Positions 27,436 to 41,552 of a stretch of 64,000 nt of DNA are shown one piece after another. Numbering within the stretch: position 1 is the first letter of the stretch; every line of letters starts with the position of its first letter. A program made the position numbers and the translations under genes. Source of the DNA: Podarcis gaigeae (lineage: Eukaryota); assembly GCA_964106915.2 (NCBI GenBank), contig OZ066923.1; one strand, given 5' to 3'. The notes below the pieces were generated by a model that saw nothing but the letters and a program-made list of their open reading frames with translations, had not been told where the DNA came from and made no database searches.

Positions 27436-29404
27436 CTTAAAAAAAGAAAGAAAAAAGAAGCACTTGAGCTTGACTGGGAGCCATGCCAGTCTTTAACCTC
27501 AAAACTCTTTCCCTGACTCCTATGTAAATTGCCTGTTGTTCTTACTTAGGGCTGGTTTGCACATATCCACATTTCTCACGGCATCGTGATGGCTTGTCTG
27601 TGTGAATGGGCTGTCACAGATCACACATCTCGGTTGCATCCTTCCTATTACCCACACAACACCTTGAACACAATGTTTTTCTTTGGAATGTCAGTTCACA
27701 CAGCTAATATTTATCAGTCAAGTGCAAAAACAAAAAACAAAAAAACAGGTGATGTGCAGGAATTGAAGAAAAGGCATTTTGCATGTTTACTGAGGCACTG
27801 TTCTTACTTCATATGCCCCAAGGTTGCGTACTAGCATTAAATACGGGTTCCAGAGCTAAGGTCTGATGAATCTTGGCTCAAATCAAGCCACATGGAGAGC
27901 TTTAGCTGCCCCCCCACCAGCCACTGAACCCTGAAATCTGTGTTCAATGCCATGACCTAGATGGAAATCTATGAAGAAATAACAGCAAAGAAGCTGCTTC
28001 TGAGCATGTGCAAAGTGCATTTCCTATACCTTTGAATCATCACAAAAGTCATCACATTCTTTCTCTTTCCCTCTCCCTCCCTTCCCTCCCTCCCTCCCTC
28101 CCTATTTCCATATGTGCGGGCATCCCTGTGTGTGCTTCTAGATTAGAGGATTTGATCAATTTGAGTACCATCCCCTTTTAATAAACTTTTTCCTGAAAGA
28201 GGCTGCCTTTAAAAAAAAAAATGTTAAGATCTATTTCAACATCAAGATTAACTACAACAGAAACATTTTCTGGAATGCATTATACATAATTAGCAATCAT
28301 TTGGGAATGATAATATTCCCTTATTTTAATTAATAGACTCTTACATCCATCATCAATTTCATCTATCACTCATGATTACTATTATTATACTACTTTGAAA
28401 AAGTCTGCATGTAGAGTTAATAGATCATATCCTCACCATATATTTAAAGCACTTTTAAAGTACATGATTTTCACCAAAGAATCCTGGGAACTGTAGTTGC
28501 TAAGGTCCTTGGAATTGTAGCTCTCAGAAGGGTAAAATCAGGCAAAATATAACCAATATTATTATTTTTTATTAGTCAGAGAAGTAATTGTGCTTTGGTT
28601 TGGGAGTTAAAGATCTATTTAATATTCTTGTTTTACCAACATCATTCAGACGCCTCACCAAAATGTATCCATTGGAAGAAAAATACCTTTAATTATTTTA
28701 GTTGTTTCTTTCCAGAAACCTAGAGTCTTTGTGCTCTTAACAATAGCATGAGAGAGAGTAATTCAACAAGCACACCCTTTTTCTAGATCAGTGAGGGAAA
28801 CTGTGTCTGTTGAATTCCTGCTCATCTCACAAACTGAAGGCAAGTTGGGATAGCTGACATGATACCCTCCAGATGATGTTGCATTTAAAGTCTCATTAGC
28901 CCCAGCCAGCATGGTCAATGGTCAGGGCTAATGGGAGGGCACCATGTTCACTCCCTATGAGTTAAAAGGAACAGATCCATTGTCAGAAAAAAAATGAGAG
29001 GTAGCAATTCTAGTCCTCACCCTAAAGCATCTTCTGTACCACTGCTCTTCGGTTTGTGGGTCAGGAGGGACCCACAAGTGTGTCATGAGCAACTTGATCC
29101 CGGGTGGGTCACAGCAGAATCATAACCGCCATTTTCTTTTTTGTGTATGGGATTTTTGTAAGGAAAAGTGGGGGACAATGCATAAAAGAGGATTGTAGCA
29201 GGTACACCTTGGTCGCATTTACAATGCATATTGCATTTACCAAGGTTTCCTTTTCTATACTTTCCTGATACCTGGCAAATGAGAAGCAAGCACAGGAAGA
29301 TGAATATGTATGATTAGAGAACTAGGTCCCATGTTGTAAGTTTCAGTTAAAGATGGGTCTTGGGTTTGAAAAGGACTGCTACTCTTCATAATTCTCTCCC
29401 TTTG

Positions 29405-29780
29405 GGGAAGGACTGTGGTTCAGTGGTAGAGCATCTCCTTTGCAAGCTGAAGGTCCCATGTTCAATCCTTGGTGTTTCCAAATCTTAGTGTATATAGCAG
29501 GGGTGGCCAGCTCCCAAGATCACCCCCATTTTGGGGGGTTCAGGTCAAAGTTGTTGAGCTTTTTTTAAGAAGGAAAGCCCTGTTTTGGGTGGTTCAGGTC
29601 AACATTGTTTTTTAGGGGAGCCAAGGTTGTTGAGCTTCTTTGGGGGGAGCCAGTGATCTACCACAGACGTCCGGTGATCTACCGGTAGATCACAATCTAC
29701 CTGTTGGACGTGCCTGGTATATAGTATTGAGTTAGATGGACCAATGCTCTGAATCACTATAAGGCAGCTTCCCATGTTCC
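29405..29780 (+). mobile_element. tRNA-derived SINE (Squam3-like), split by the MITE at 29498-29716
   Basis: Head cagtggtagagcatctcc..ttcaatcc; the tail tagatggaccaatg..tataaggcagcttcccatgttcct resumes after the TSD. Confidence 0.75.
29498..29716. mobile_element. hAT-type MITE inserted in a tRNA-derived SINE
   Basis: cagg...cctg termini, perfect 8-bp TSD gtatatag (29490-29497, 29717-29724), internal imperfect tandem units containing ttcaggtcaa / gttgttgagc. Confidence 0.85.
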
Positions 29781-31160
29781 TGTGTTCGCTGGTGTGGGTT
29801 TTCAGATTAAACCACGCAGAGCATGTGGTAAAGTACATCTGACCCTCATTGGGATTTGAATGTCTAGGTTCTGATAAATCAAAGCTAACGCTGCTGCTGT
29901 TGTTGTTATTTATTAATCACCTTCCACATATATGTCTCAAGGTGATGTATAAAATATAAGCAAAAAGGGAGAGCAAAAGGGAGAGCAAAACATCACAGAA
30001 AATAACAGCAGTCTTTAAAAAAAAAAATCCCACAAATAAACATGGCAGCATGAATTACACACTCCAAAACGTGGGATTGTGGCTTTAAAGCCCTAACCTG
30101 TTTTGCTATCTCAAATGGTTGAGCATGTAGTTAAGTATTACTGTGCAGTGACATTTAAGTGTGTAGTCACATGTCCCTGAACAGACACAGGGTATCAATC
30201 TGGAAAAAGTTATGTACAGCGTAAGACTGAAATCATAAACATCTTATGTAGAAGTACCCTCCCTTAAAAGAAATGGGATTTATTTCTGAATAAATGAACT
30301 CGGCTTAGATTTATCTGTGTGGGCATAGGTGTGTGTGGAGCCCAGTAGTGGAGTGGGGTGGAACCCTGGGTTTAAACGAATAGATCTACTGTCATAATAT
30401 GCATTTTTAACCCTCATGAAGATTCATGTTAGCAATTGAGATAGGTTTTTCATTTTCTTAATTGTATTATCCTTTACAAAATGTGCTTTCAATGTGTGCA
30501 TGTCAGCAGGCTCTCTATATAATCCATGCCTATTGGCAAACATATGTGTTTATAACACATGCACAAACTTTCCTCCACATATTTCTATCAGTATAATGTA
30601 ATGTCTATATTTGTCAACACTGATATCATAATCTTCACTTATTCTAGTTTCTGTGCTTCATCATATCTAGTCTCTGGACTCTCTCTGGATTCCTCTTTCC
30701 TGAATATAAAAATGGTTAGATCACTTTGACCTGTGGTTTGTCTTAGCACAGCATATTTGAATTTTGGCTGCCAAGTGTATCAAAAAGTAAACTCCACTCC
30801 CTTCCTCTCAGTCTCAACAATTTTAGATATTAGAGATATTCAAAATGTTAGGTTGGCTGCTATGGGCACCCTAGCTAATAACTGTTCACATTTGTGTCCT
30901 TCATGAATTCCTAGAGTCATCAATCATTCTCAGTTACATTATTGACCTCTACTGCCTCTGGTTTTGCAAGTAAACTTTGTTCTCTGTGTTAGTGTTCCAT
31001 TTTCAATTATTAAAAATAAACATATTGAAAATATTTTACAGTTTTTAACCTTTCGTGCCCTTGCAATATCTCCATTGGGTAAATCTCTCCCATTGTTTGA
31101 TCCAGTGAGCCTATAAACCTTCAGGGATTTACACACAAGCTGGAAGTGCAAAACAGTTTG

Positions 31161-31162
<2 letters not shown>

Positions 31163-31199
<37 letters not shown>

Positions 31200-31212
31200 T
31201 GTGTGTGTGTGT
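31163..31212. repeat. (AC)n directly abutting (GT)n, self-complementary
   Basis: acac...acacGTgtgt...gt. Confidence 0.95.
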
Positions 31213-31291
31213 ATGTAACACAAAATGAATAATGCCTCATAGATAAAACAGGCATGAAACAAAGCCACTCTTGCACTCATCTCTCACCTGT

Positions 31292-31810
31292 AGTTCCTAG
31301 AAGCTGTCAGTGTGCAACAGCAGCCACACCTTGGGAAATCGCTTCGACTGGCTGGCTAAACCAGGTGAGGGTAGCTGATGGGTCTCAAACCCTTGGTGAG
31401 TTAGGGACTCCCCCTGCATGCAAAGACAGCTTCCAGCAGTTTGAGTGGACAAGACCAATAGTGGGTCCAACCATCAAAAAGGTGGCTTCTGTCTTGTGGG
31501 ATATCTTTAGGAGAAGAAAAGGATGAGGAGTAAACCCTACACAAATCCAGAGTGGAGTCCCTAAGACGGATGGCACCTTGTACAACTTCTGGCATCTCCT
31601 GCAGCCTAGCTGGTGCCAAACGTATTGCTCTGATTGCCTTTGGACCACATCAGCGAGGCCGAGAGGTGGGTCCAGGGCCATCACACACACTGCCCAGGCT
31701 TGCACCTCAGGGAGGTCACTTAGCTGCTGCTAACACAGCAATTTGACTTCACTTCCAATGACATACTCCATTGTCTCTTGAGACTGACGGGTGCCAACAG
31801 AAACAACAAA
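31292..31810 (+). mobile_element. Non-coding interspersed repeat, copy 2 (lacks about 95 bp present in copy 1)
   Basis: Homologous to 17710-18319; ends gtgccaacagaaacaacaa. Confidence 0.7.
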
Positions 31811-32802
31811 AGATAACCAGATAACCAGGAGCTCTGTGTTCAAAGTGGCATTATATTAGCCTCCAAAATTACAGCAGTAAACGGAATTTGTCAAGGGTGC
31901 TGAGTGTATGTCTGTAAGACTAGAGAAATGTAGCTCATAAGGACTGGAGCATATGCCAATATCACAGAGTGCTTGAGAGCTTATTCACACACATCAGTGA
32001 AGTCTTTCTCAGTTGCTGTAGCCTTTTAAGAATTCTGCTGAAGAGTTTGGCAAGTGATAGAGGATGCTTTAAGGAGATTATATCCCAGTTATATTCTTTC
32101 TCTCTTTTTCTCCTTCTCTTTCCCTTTCTTCCTCCCATGCATATACAGACATTTTCAAACTTCTCTGAATTTTGCAATAGGTTCAAAAACATACCAATAA
32201 ATGTATTAAAAATAAATCTTTTGATGTAAAAAGGAATATTTTAGGGTAAAATGCACACAAAAATGTATCTTGTGAAAAAAATAGACATTAGAAACAATAG
32301 ACATTTTAATGAGGTTTTAAATAATTGCAGATTGAGGTGGAAACATGATGTAATAGAATGACAAATGGCAAAATGGACCCTGACAAAGAACCAGGCTTTA
32401 TCCACCTCAACTCTGGAGCAATATTATGTCAGGGCTTCAGAGACATTGTGGGGAAATTAAAATGAAGCCACTCAGAGGAGTGTTGAGTTCAAGTGGCTAC
32501 AGACAGCATTTTTGGTCAGTGGCTAGGTAAACAGCCATCCTGAGGGCTCAGGCCATTGGCAACTGCCCAACAGCATTAACTGTGTCTAAGCATTGGTATT
32601 CGATGATTGGATCATGATCTAGATTCTATGTGTGCCACCTGGTGCTAGTTTAGGAGATCAGCTTGTCTAGAGCCCTCTCTTTCATTTTTTTTTAAATATA
32701 ACATATCCTTCTCATTTCAAAGAGGAGGAAATGTGCAGATAGCATTCTGTCCAATATAAGAATAATGTTCTCTTCTGCCTTGCAGCCAGCAAGGGGAAAC
32801 TA

Positions 32803-32978
32803 TTGTTTAGGGAAGTTTTAAATGTTTGATGTTTTGTTGTTACTGTTGTGGTTGTTGTGGTTGTTACTTATTAATAATAATCTGTTGGGAGCCACCCAGA
32901 GTGGCTGGGGAAACCCAGCCAGATGGGCGGGGTATAAATAATAAGTTGTTGTTGTTGTAGTTGTTGTTGTTACTGTTG
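32803..32978 (+). mobile_element. 3' end fragment of the same L2 family, opposite orientation
   Basis: gggagccacccagagtggctggggaaacccagccagatgggcggggtataaataataa is the reverse complement of 61237-61293 with about 5 mismatches; (GTT)n tail. Confidence 0.85.
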
Positions 32979-33754
32979 TGATAGATGTCAATTGACCAGT
33001 GGGGAAGCAGAGCTGAATCATGGTGGAAAACAATGTGATTTGAAATAAAATTCTCCTAGAGTAGCAATATATTCCCATAATTAAAACTACTCAGTATCCC
33101 TTTCTCCATCTCTGATCATTGACTGTACTGATTGAGGCTGATGCGTGTTTTAGTCCAGAACACATGGAGGGCACCAAGTTGGGGAAGATAGAGATTTTGG
33201 TTCAGAAAGGTGGGACTGTTCAATAGGTAGTGGCGTCCTTGTGGACCAAAATTTCCTACAAGGAATCAGTCCAATGTGTTGGGCTTCTTTATGCCCCTTC
33301 CAGATTTATGTGCTACACTTTCATTATTTCAAGTGTGTGGAAATAAGTAATATAGTCTGGTCCCCGTCCCCATTGACCCGTGCAGTATTTTATATTGTGG
33401 TCCAGTCTAAAGAATATGGCCAAGGATACTTTAAAACCTTTGTGGTAGGGTTAAGATTCACACTTCACTTGCTTGTATGTATGATATATGTTTCTCTGGT
33501 GGAGCTTGTGGGATGCGTTGCATGCAGCACAATTGGTGGAATGATTGGGATATGGATGGACAACTAGAAAAGAGGTACATAGTTCATTTTAAAATCCAAG
33601 TCAAAGTATCTGGTTTGTAATTATTTTGAAGGCTGACTGAAATCTGTTACTTCGTACTACATTTGTATGCAATTACAACCGACTTTTTACTCTGCTAATT
33701 ATGAAGCCATCACATTTCCTCCTGACCAAGGCTATGCTTTACAAACACAGGGCT

Positions 33755-34070
33755 CATCCACACTTAGTTTTTGCCCCACACTTTCTAGGTACAGGTTTGT
33801 TCTTTAAAGCTTCATATCTGAGCACACACCCCCCCCCGATCCCCTGATCCATTGCTTTCCCCAGGAAAACTTGCCATTTAACGCTGAATCAGAACAAATG
33901 GCAATTCAGGTTATCTGTGGATTGCTGTTTGTTCCGATTTAGCAGGAAAGAGTGGGATTTTACAGGGAAAGTGCTCCCCCCCCCCCAAAAAAACCACACA
34001 CGCTCTGACACAGAGCTTTAAAAAGTGGACCTATGCCTAGAAATGTGGCACAAAAGGAAGTCTGGATGGT
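33755..34070. mobile_element. Palindromic MITE remnant
   Basis: catccacactt..tttg..ccacactttctagg.acaggt..tttaaagct is mirrored by agctttaaaaa..acctatgcctagaaatgtggcacaaaaggaagtctggatg. A related fragment lies at about 6415-6455. Confidence 0.6.
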
Positions 34071-35184
34071 TCCTAAAGAGAGATGGCTTTGTTTGGGGGC
34101 ATAACTGCAGAAGGGTCATGATTTAGGAGGGCAGTGAATAAGCGAAAATGGTCACATTTTCTCCTTTTGCGTGACTGAGGAGCAGGTGCATGTACTGTTG
34201 AAGCAGCAGAAGCAGGGGACAGAGGACACAGAAGCCTGCCATGTCTGTCCCCAGCAGAATTTGTTGGGCTCTCAGACTCAGAAAGGAAATGGAGGCAGAA
34301 CAAATGAGAAAGACCACTCTTTCGTGGCATGAGCCAACTTCCCCAGTTTTTGCGGCATGTGCCAGGAGCAAATGCACAACTATTAGAGGAAAATGCTAAG
34401 TGAATGTGCTAGATTTGCATAATTAGCTAGCAGTTTGCATAATGTGCAAGTTAGGCTTTCCAGATTTGGGGGGCTGGGGTGCAGCAACCCCAAGTATATC
34501 ATATCACATTAAAGGGTGCATGAATGGTGGTTTCCATTTGGCATGGTGGATCATAAGTTCTGCAGGCCTGGCTTAGTTGCATCAGTTGCTTGCTGGGGAA
34601 GCGTAGCAGTCACCGTGACAGTTCTAGTGCTAATGCAGAATTTGTTTTCCATAATACTGGGCTCTGTGAAGTTGCTGCTTGGCTTGTATTTTGAAAAGCA
34701 TCACTGAAATACTTTGATTACCTTGTTTCTGGGCAAGGCCATTCCATTCATGTGGTCTTACCCTAACCTGTTCCAATGAGAGGTGTAATACCTCATGAAT
34801 AGGCAAAGCAACATGATGTAGTACCCACTAGTATTGTTTAATATGAGCTATTTGGGGGGACTATTTAAGGTTTATTAATGTCCAGCCTCCTCACTTGTCC
34901 CTCAAGCTTTGGGCAGTTTACAATTTAAAGCTAATAGGTATTTAAATAAAAACTGATAAGCTTTAATGTCTAGCTTCCTTTCCTGTCCTTCAGGCTTGAG
35001 GCAATTTATAACTAATAAGCATTCTTATAAAACCAGGCTACTCTTTAAAAATTATCCTTAAACAAAGTGTATTAATGCTCATTAAACTGTTAAGTGTCCC
35101 AAGACTGAGGCATTGGAAAGGAGACTAGACTTTAAAAATAAATAAATGCTACCTTCCTATTTTTGAAAAGGGGCCACTTAATAT

Positions 35185-35360
35185 GAGCCCCAAGCCAGGA
35201 AGTCCCTAGTTCAAAACTCACCTCAGCCTCAAACTCTCTAGGTGGCCTTAAGTGAGGCACCATTTTCTCAGCTCTTATTTGTAATATGTGGATAACAGTA
35301 CTGGATTACCTTACAGGGTTATTGTAAAGACTGCTGAGAAAATATAGCTGAAGCACTTTA
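35185..35360 (+). mobile_element. Old MIR/CORE-like SINE
   Basis: ctagttcaaa..gtggccttaag..tgtaatatg.ggataa..taccttacagggttattgtaaaga..gaagcacttt resembles the CORE domain and tail. Confidence 0.55.
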
Positions 35361-38300
35361 ATGCACTATATCAGTGCTGTTGGCAATACTCAAGCAACAA
35401 GCCAGTGATGAGATCAGGCCCAGTGTTAAGCACCCAGTATACTTGAGCAGTGGCAAAAGTCCACATGCCCTGGAAGAGTCCACCATTCCTCCCCTCCCCT
35501 TTCCCACCATCAATTGGGCCCCCCTAGGAGCATTGTGCTGGCACTGGCAGTGCCATGCAGGTGACAACACTGTTGATGAGTGTGATGGCAAAACCTACCT
35601 ATGAACTAGCCAGAATCCATGGAAAAATCTCTTGTGATGCTTTCAATAAAGCTATAAGTCATTCCCAGATGTTCTTCCAAATGAATGAAGATGCAGAATC
35701 TGCCAGAGAAACTGTTTGTTGTGAGTTGCATTCCCAGTTCCGCTCCCAGGGGAATGCTTGAAGGAAGGAAGTTTCTGATCCGTTCTACCTTTGAATTAAC
35801 AGTCCATATGCTCATGTTAAGCATGAACATCATCATTAGCTCAGTAAACCATTGCGCTAAGGCATTTAATTAGAAATGACAATCCTCACCATATCAAGCA
35901 TTTCTACAGTCTTCTAAAAATTACATCTAAGTTCATGCCATAATTTGAGCCAGAGCTCACTCTGAGACTTTTTTAGCGCCAGCTCTCAGTTGTGGAACAT
36001 ATGATTGCGTATTAACTCTTGGTTTATGCCACTCTATAACCCTTTGGCATTAAGGGTCAGGTTTAAAGAAGTAGAAAGTAGAATACAAATGATTTAAGAT
36101 TTGACATGGCAATTCATTTTTAGGGCCTCTGATTTGAGTGTTCACCCTGACACCTCCAATATTTAACTCCCCTAAGCAATTGCAATTCCATGGTCATCAT
36201 ATGGATTATTGAATAACTGAGTAACTGACTGGGTGGATTATTGATCCTGTTTTAGTGAAGTCCTCAGAATGGCTCAAAATTTTAATGAATTGCAATTAAT
36301 ACATTAAAAGCAATACACTCAAAACCAAGCAAACTATAAACAGACCACCTGGGGCAAGAGAGGGGCAGCTGGTGTTTTTGTGTCAGCTTCCCTCTCTCTA
36401 TTGTTTATTTTAAAATTTAATTTATATCCTACCTTTCTTCCCAGAGGAGCCCATGGTGAGAAACACTAATGTGATAAAACAGTTTAAATGTCTAAAAATA
36501 CCTAAAAGCAATTCCAATGTAGATGGAGACCAGGAAAGATTTCCACCTAAAAGGTTTGTTGAAAGAGGAAAAACTTCAGTTGGTGCCAAAAAGACAACAG
36601 AAATGGCACTAATCCTTCCCATAGTGCCTTACTACTGATTTACAAAATCTTGCCATTCAAGACTTGTCATTCCCTCCTTGAAACCCAACCAGAGCAGTGA
36701 TGAGGAAATATTGGAGGTATCTAAGATCAGAAAAATAAGTCAGATCAGTTGCAATGTGGAGTCTTGAGAGTCTTCCAGACTTAAGTTGAAAATCAGTGTC
36801 CATTTGAAGTCTTCTTGTTTCACTCTGGGCTCCTCCAGGTTACTTGTTTATTGAGTTTTCATCTTGATTTGCTTGTACAAAGCTTGCATGGAAATTAGAT
36901 TATAAGCTGTCTTTATTGACCTTTTATTCTTATTTGGTCTTGAGAACACTGTGTGACAATGAGCCTTCATCCTACATTCATCATCATTTCTTTACGCAGT
37001 GTTTATACATCTTCCTATTAATAATTTGTTCATTCTACATTTCAGTGCATTCTTTTTAAAAGTGGATTTCTTACACTAGGGCAACAGAACGGCTTAATCA
37101 CTTTAATAGCACAAGCCTAAACTTCCCGGTATGCGTTTAAATCCCAGTCCACAATAGTGTCAGTCTGGAGGCATCCCCTGCTTCCACTGTTATCTAAACT
37201 CTCCAAGAAGTAGCCTGCTGAAATGTACTCCCCATGGCATATAAAAGGCTGGTTACAACTGTTTGTCATCTGAAACTCTTTTTCAAGATATAGGGATTCC
37301 GATTCCAGAGATTCCCAGGCTTTTTCAAAATGGTGGCCATCACAGCTCCTGAAGAGTAATGGTGACAAAGAAGCGTTTACCAGGGCGAAAAGGACTAATC
37401 CAGTGTGCTGTGATGGATGGTGGGTGAGTCAGATTGGGAATAACAGATTCTGTTGTGACTGAAACCCAGAGTAACAGGACAGCACTAATTCTAAGCGCTA
37501 GCATAGAGCACATGTATATATTGTTTAGTAGAACAGAGGCAGCTGAGTAGGACAAGTTACTGCTTGCCTTCCTGTTCAGTGCAGAGAAATACGATTCTCT
37601 CCATCCCTAATATGGAGAAAAAAATAAAACCCAATGTGAATCAGGGTGAGGGATTCCATATGAGATTGGAGAAACCGTTTTCAGTTCTAGCCAGGAACAG
37701 TTGCATGTGGGTGGCAGCTTATCACCAGCCTTGCCAATTTTAATCCAAATCCCAATTTTTGTCTCTCTCAGCTGCGGAGGAAAGGGTCTTCTCCATAGGC
37801 ACTTTAATTTTCTGCAGAGGTTAATCATATAGTCAGTAGTGGCTCAGGGATTTAATCCCCCCTTGTTTAGCCCCTTGACAGAAGGTTTGTGTCCATTCTG
37901 AGGTCAGCAGAAGTGATGGAGAGATCAGCTTTCTTTGCACAGCACACTCTCTATATTTGCCCATGAATTTATTTGGGAGACTTTGAGCACATGCAATTCC
38001 TTCCCCCATTTCTTCCTTTGGGGGATGAGGTGGTGTTGCATGTTGCAGTTAGGAGAAAGGGCTGTCGCTTGGGAACCCTAGCTCTGGTTATATCATTTCC
38101 CCACATAATTGTACTAAATTCTCAGCTCTGCAAATGCTAAGAGGCTTTTCTTTAGTTTAGTGCTATGTGTAACAAAAACGGGGTGGGGGGGAATAGGAAG
38201 AATGTGGTGAAATGACTTTTAATTGTGGCTTTCAGATTATGACACCTATGAGAAGAAATAAGCCTCAGGAACTCTGAAAGTAACAGTCTACCATTTACTG

Positions 38301-40057
38301 GTGCTTTCTTCTGTTTTAGATAAAATTATTTGAGCAATGTAAAGCAAGTGAGATGAAACATTTTTTGGACCAACAAGTGTTTAAAATGCGATGTTCTGTT
38401 TTTTGGCTGGATGTCTGAGGTGGAGTAGGGGAGGACAGGGAGATTTCTGTGCCATGACTTCAGCCCATCTTATTCCATGACTTTGCAGAATTCTTTTCAG
38501 CTCCCAAAATTGAGTGAGAAGGTGGTGGTAGCTCTGCCACGGGGCGCATTGCAGGAAATTGGTCTTCAAATGTACATCAGGAGTACACTTATTGTTCATG
38601 AAGACAAGGACAGATTTAAAGAAGGAGCAGTGTGAGAAAAGGGAGAGATGGTTCAAGCAGTGCCTAAATCTGGGCTTCAACTCTGATATAAGATTTTAGA
38701 TTAAAATACTTTAGCCCTTCATTTTTGTTGCCTGGTGTTCAGTCTACTAGACCACACCTTTGCCCTGTGGCACATTTGTTGTTTAGAAAACTCCTGCTGC
38801 GACTTCTGGCACTGTGTCTGAGCTTGGAGGCAAATAAACAGATTTCCATGACAACACCTGCCTGTTCTTATTAAATCATACAGGGGGCCAAGCAATTCCA
38901 GAGTCAGAAAAGCTTCATATAACCTGTTCCCATTATGCATGTGGCATTTCATGCTAGCATATCTCCAGTGTGCGGTGCAATACATAAAGAACACTGACTG
39001 CTGTGCAGAACAGAAAAGCATAGATGGCAGAATGAGATGGCATAGATAGGAGTAGAAATGGCATGTGGCTATGTGTGGACCCTTTCTGTAGTAGATATGA
39101 AAGTGTGGTTTTTAAATCAGAGAACAAATGAATATTTATTATGTACCATAAGTCATCACAGCAAGAAAGGGAATATGAATCAGAAAGTGGTGGTGACCCA
39201 ATATGAGCCTTGGGAAAAACAAGACTTCCAACCCCCATTCCCAAAGAATATTCTTACTGCATTGCTTCTGAATTCTGATTTGAAACTCGGGCAGCCATTC
39301 TGAAATATGACATAGTACTTATGAGGAATCCACTTATCCTTAAACAAAAAAGCATTAAATATATCCATATTCTTTCAAATTTCTCACGTCTATTTACATG
39401 GATTCTTGAAATATTTTGACCACTTTCTTGCACCAAACAAACTATTATTGTGGCATTTTAGTTTTTTCACACCAATCCATTTTCATTCTCCCAAGCAAAG
39501 CACTTATCTGCCTTTAGACTACAGAACGCATGCTGTGCAATCACAAGAAAACTGTTGATGTGTACAGCCTATTGTTTATGCTAGTTTAAAACAGCACAAA
39601 GCATGATGCAATAGGCCACAAAAACCTTTAGAGTTTTTCCATAGTACTGTATTATCTCTAGCCCCTAGTGATAGGCCATTATTTATTACCTGCAACCTCA
39701 TATCTTGTACCTTGGGAACTCCAAGAAAGCAAACAATCATAGCAGTTCTTAAACTGGTGGTTAAAATAATGCAGTTCTGAAAAATTCAGTCTGTCATCTT
39801 GATGCAATTGTATCCAAACACAGAAGAAAACCTTCTCCTTGGTCTCAGGAACTACCGTGCAAAATTTGGTTGTGATATCTTGACAGATGTCCAGATACAA
39901 ACAAACAACTTTCCGAAATGTGTATTAGATTTATTTATTTATTTTACAACTTCATGAACTGCTTCACGGCCTGAAGTCATCAAAGTGGCATACAACAGGA
40001 TAAAAATGAAATGCAACACATACAAAACCTGCTAGTTCTAAAAAACAACAACCCAAT

Positions 40058-40139
40058 AAAACAATTTCCACAAACTCTAAAGCAATACAACAATTCCTAC
40101 AGAGTCTAAAAACAATACAACAATTTCTACAGATCTAAA
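40058..40139. repeat. Minisatellite with a unit of about 30 bp, about 2.7 copies
   Basis: acaatt(t/c)c(t)aca(g/a)a..ctaaa..caatacaa repeated. Confidence 0.7.
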
Positions 40140-41552
40140 CTTAATGTTTGATAAGTGACTGGGTCACATAAAGCTTTCTTAAACAAAATTGTCCTCAGTA
40201 TATGCATAAACATCATGATGCCAAAGTGCTAGTCACTAATCCTACATCATGCATACTCAGAAGACTTGCTGCCAGGAAGATTTTGGGGGAGGGAAGGAAG
40301 GGAATCCCAGTCAACACAGAATCATAGCACTGGAGAAAGATAGCATCAACCTCCCATGAAAATAAATATAATCAATTTTTTAAAGCAAATGGCCACAGAA
40401 TGGTAGGGCTATGAGGAAGGAGCTGGTATTCACCTTTTTGAAAAAGAGATAAAACTCACACATTTGAGTGAGGCCATGTGGGAGCAATTAAATTCTTGAT
40501 AATTAAACACTCTAAAATGGTGCAGATATTGGTGCGGTGGGTGGGAAACAGTTGTGTTCCACAAAGCATTCATAAATCTGGTGAGTGTGCTAGCAGGGGT
40601 GTGTGTTAAACATAACATTTTCCAATGACAGAGTTGCAATTTAAATATCCCTGTAAGCAGAAATGCATCATTAAAAGGATACATGGCTTATGCATATTTG
40701 AGGGGCAGCTGTTTTCCTACCAAAAATTACAAGAGAAAAAGGCCCAAACGGTTCTTTGTTACATATGGCATTTTCATTTCTGGGAGCAGAACTTCACAGT
40801 GAGAATCTTGACACTTTGAAAGCTTTCTAGTTTATCAATCCTTAATTCCAGTATGCTTCACCCTAGTCCAATTGGCCTCACTTTTCCTGTCTCCCATCTG
40901 ATCAGAGTTATCAGCATATGAAAAGCTGTGGGCCATTTTGCCAGCCAAGGAGAAAGGCAGTTTGGGAAGAGTGAGCGAATAGTGAAGGGCCACACTTCAG
41001 ACTTGAAGTCTGTTAGAAGCTGGATAGCTGCCTCTGTGTTTTGTGGGGGCTTCTGCGCATAAAGTCATCACCACAGACATCAAGATATGGAATAGCAAAA
41101 GATGTCAACAATAATATGGCAGCCACTTTTCATTCCTAAGGGGTTTTTAAAATCTGCATTTACAGCTGCTAGCAAAGTTCCCAGAGGAAGGCTCACCCTC
41201 CTCCTTAAATTGCACTATATTTATACTGAACTCTGAAAAGGACTTTTGCTTATTCCTCTTTCTGCCTCAATTAGCTTCATGAATTTGCTTCACTTGATTA
41301 ACCTCTGTGGTATAAGCACACTGCATGCCACAACTCGGAAGAAGCCTTAAGCATCTCCAGCAGGTTCCACAGGGGACATTCTAGCCCCCCAGAGTGTTCC
41401 TTGAGATGCCTGTGCAGAACCCATGTGATACACACTAAAGCCAACTGCTTCAGAAGGACAATTAAGAGACCATCAGGGAAGTGGGAAGTGCTTTGAAATG
41501 CTGCCATATGGCTCATCAGAATGGATCCTCTTTCCTCGCAGCCCATGCCTTC

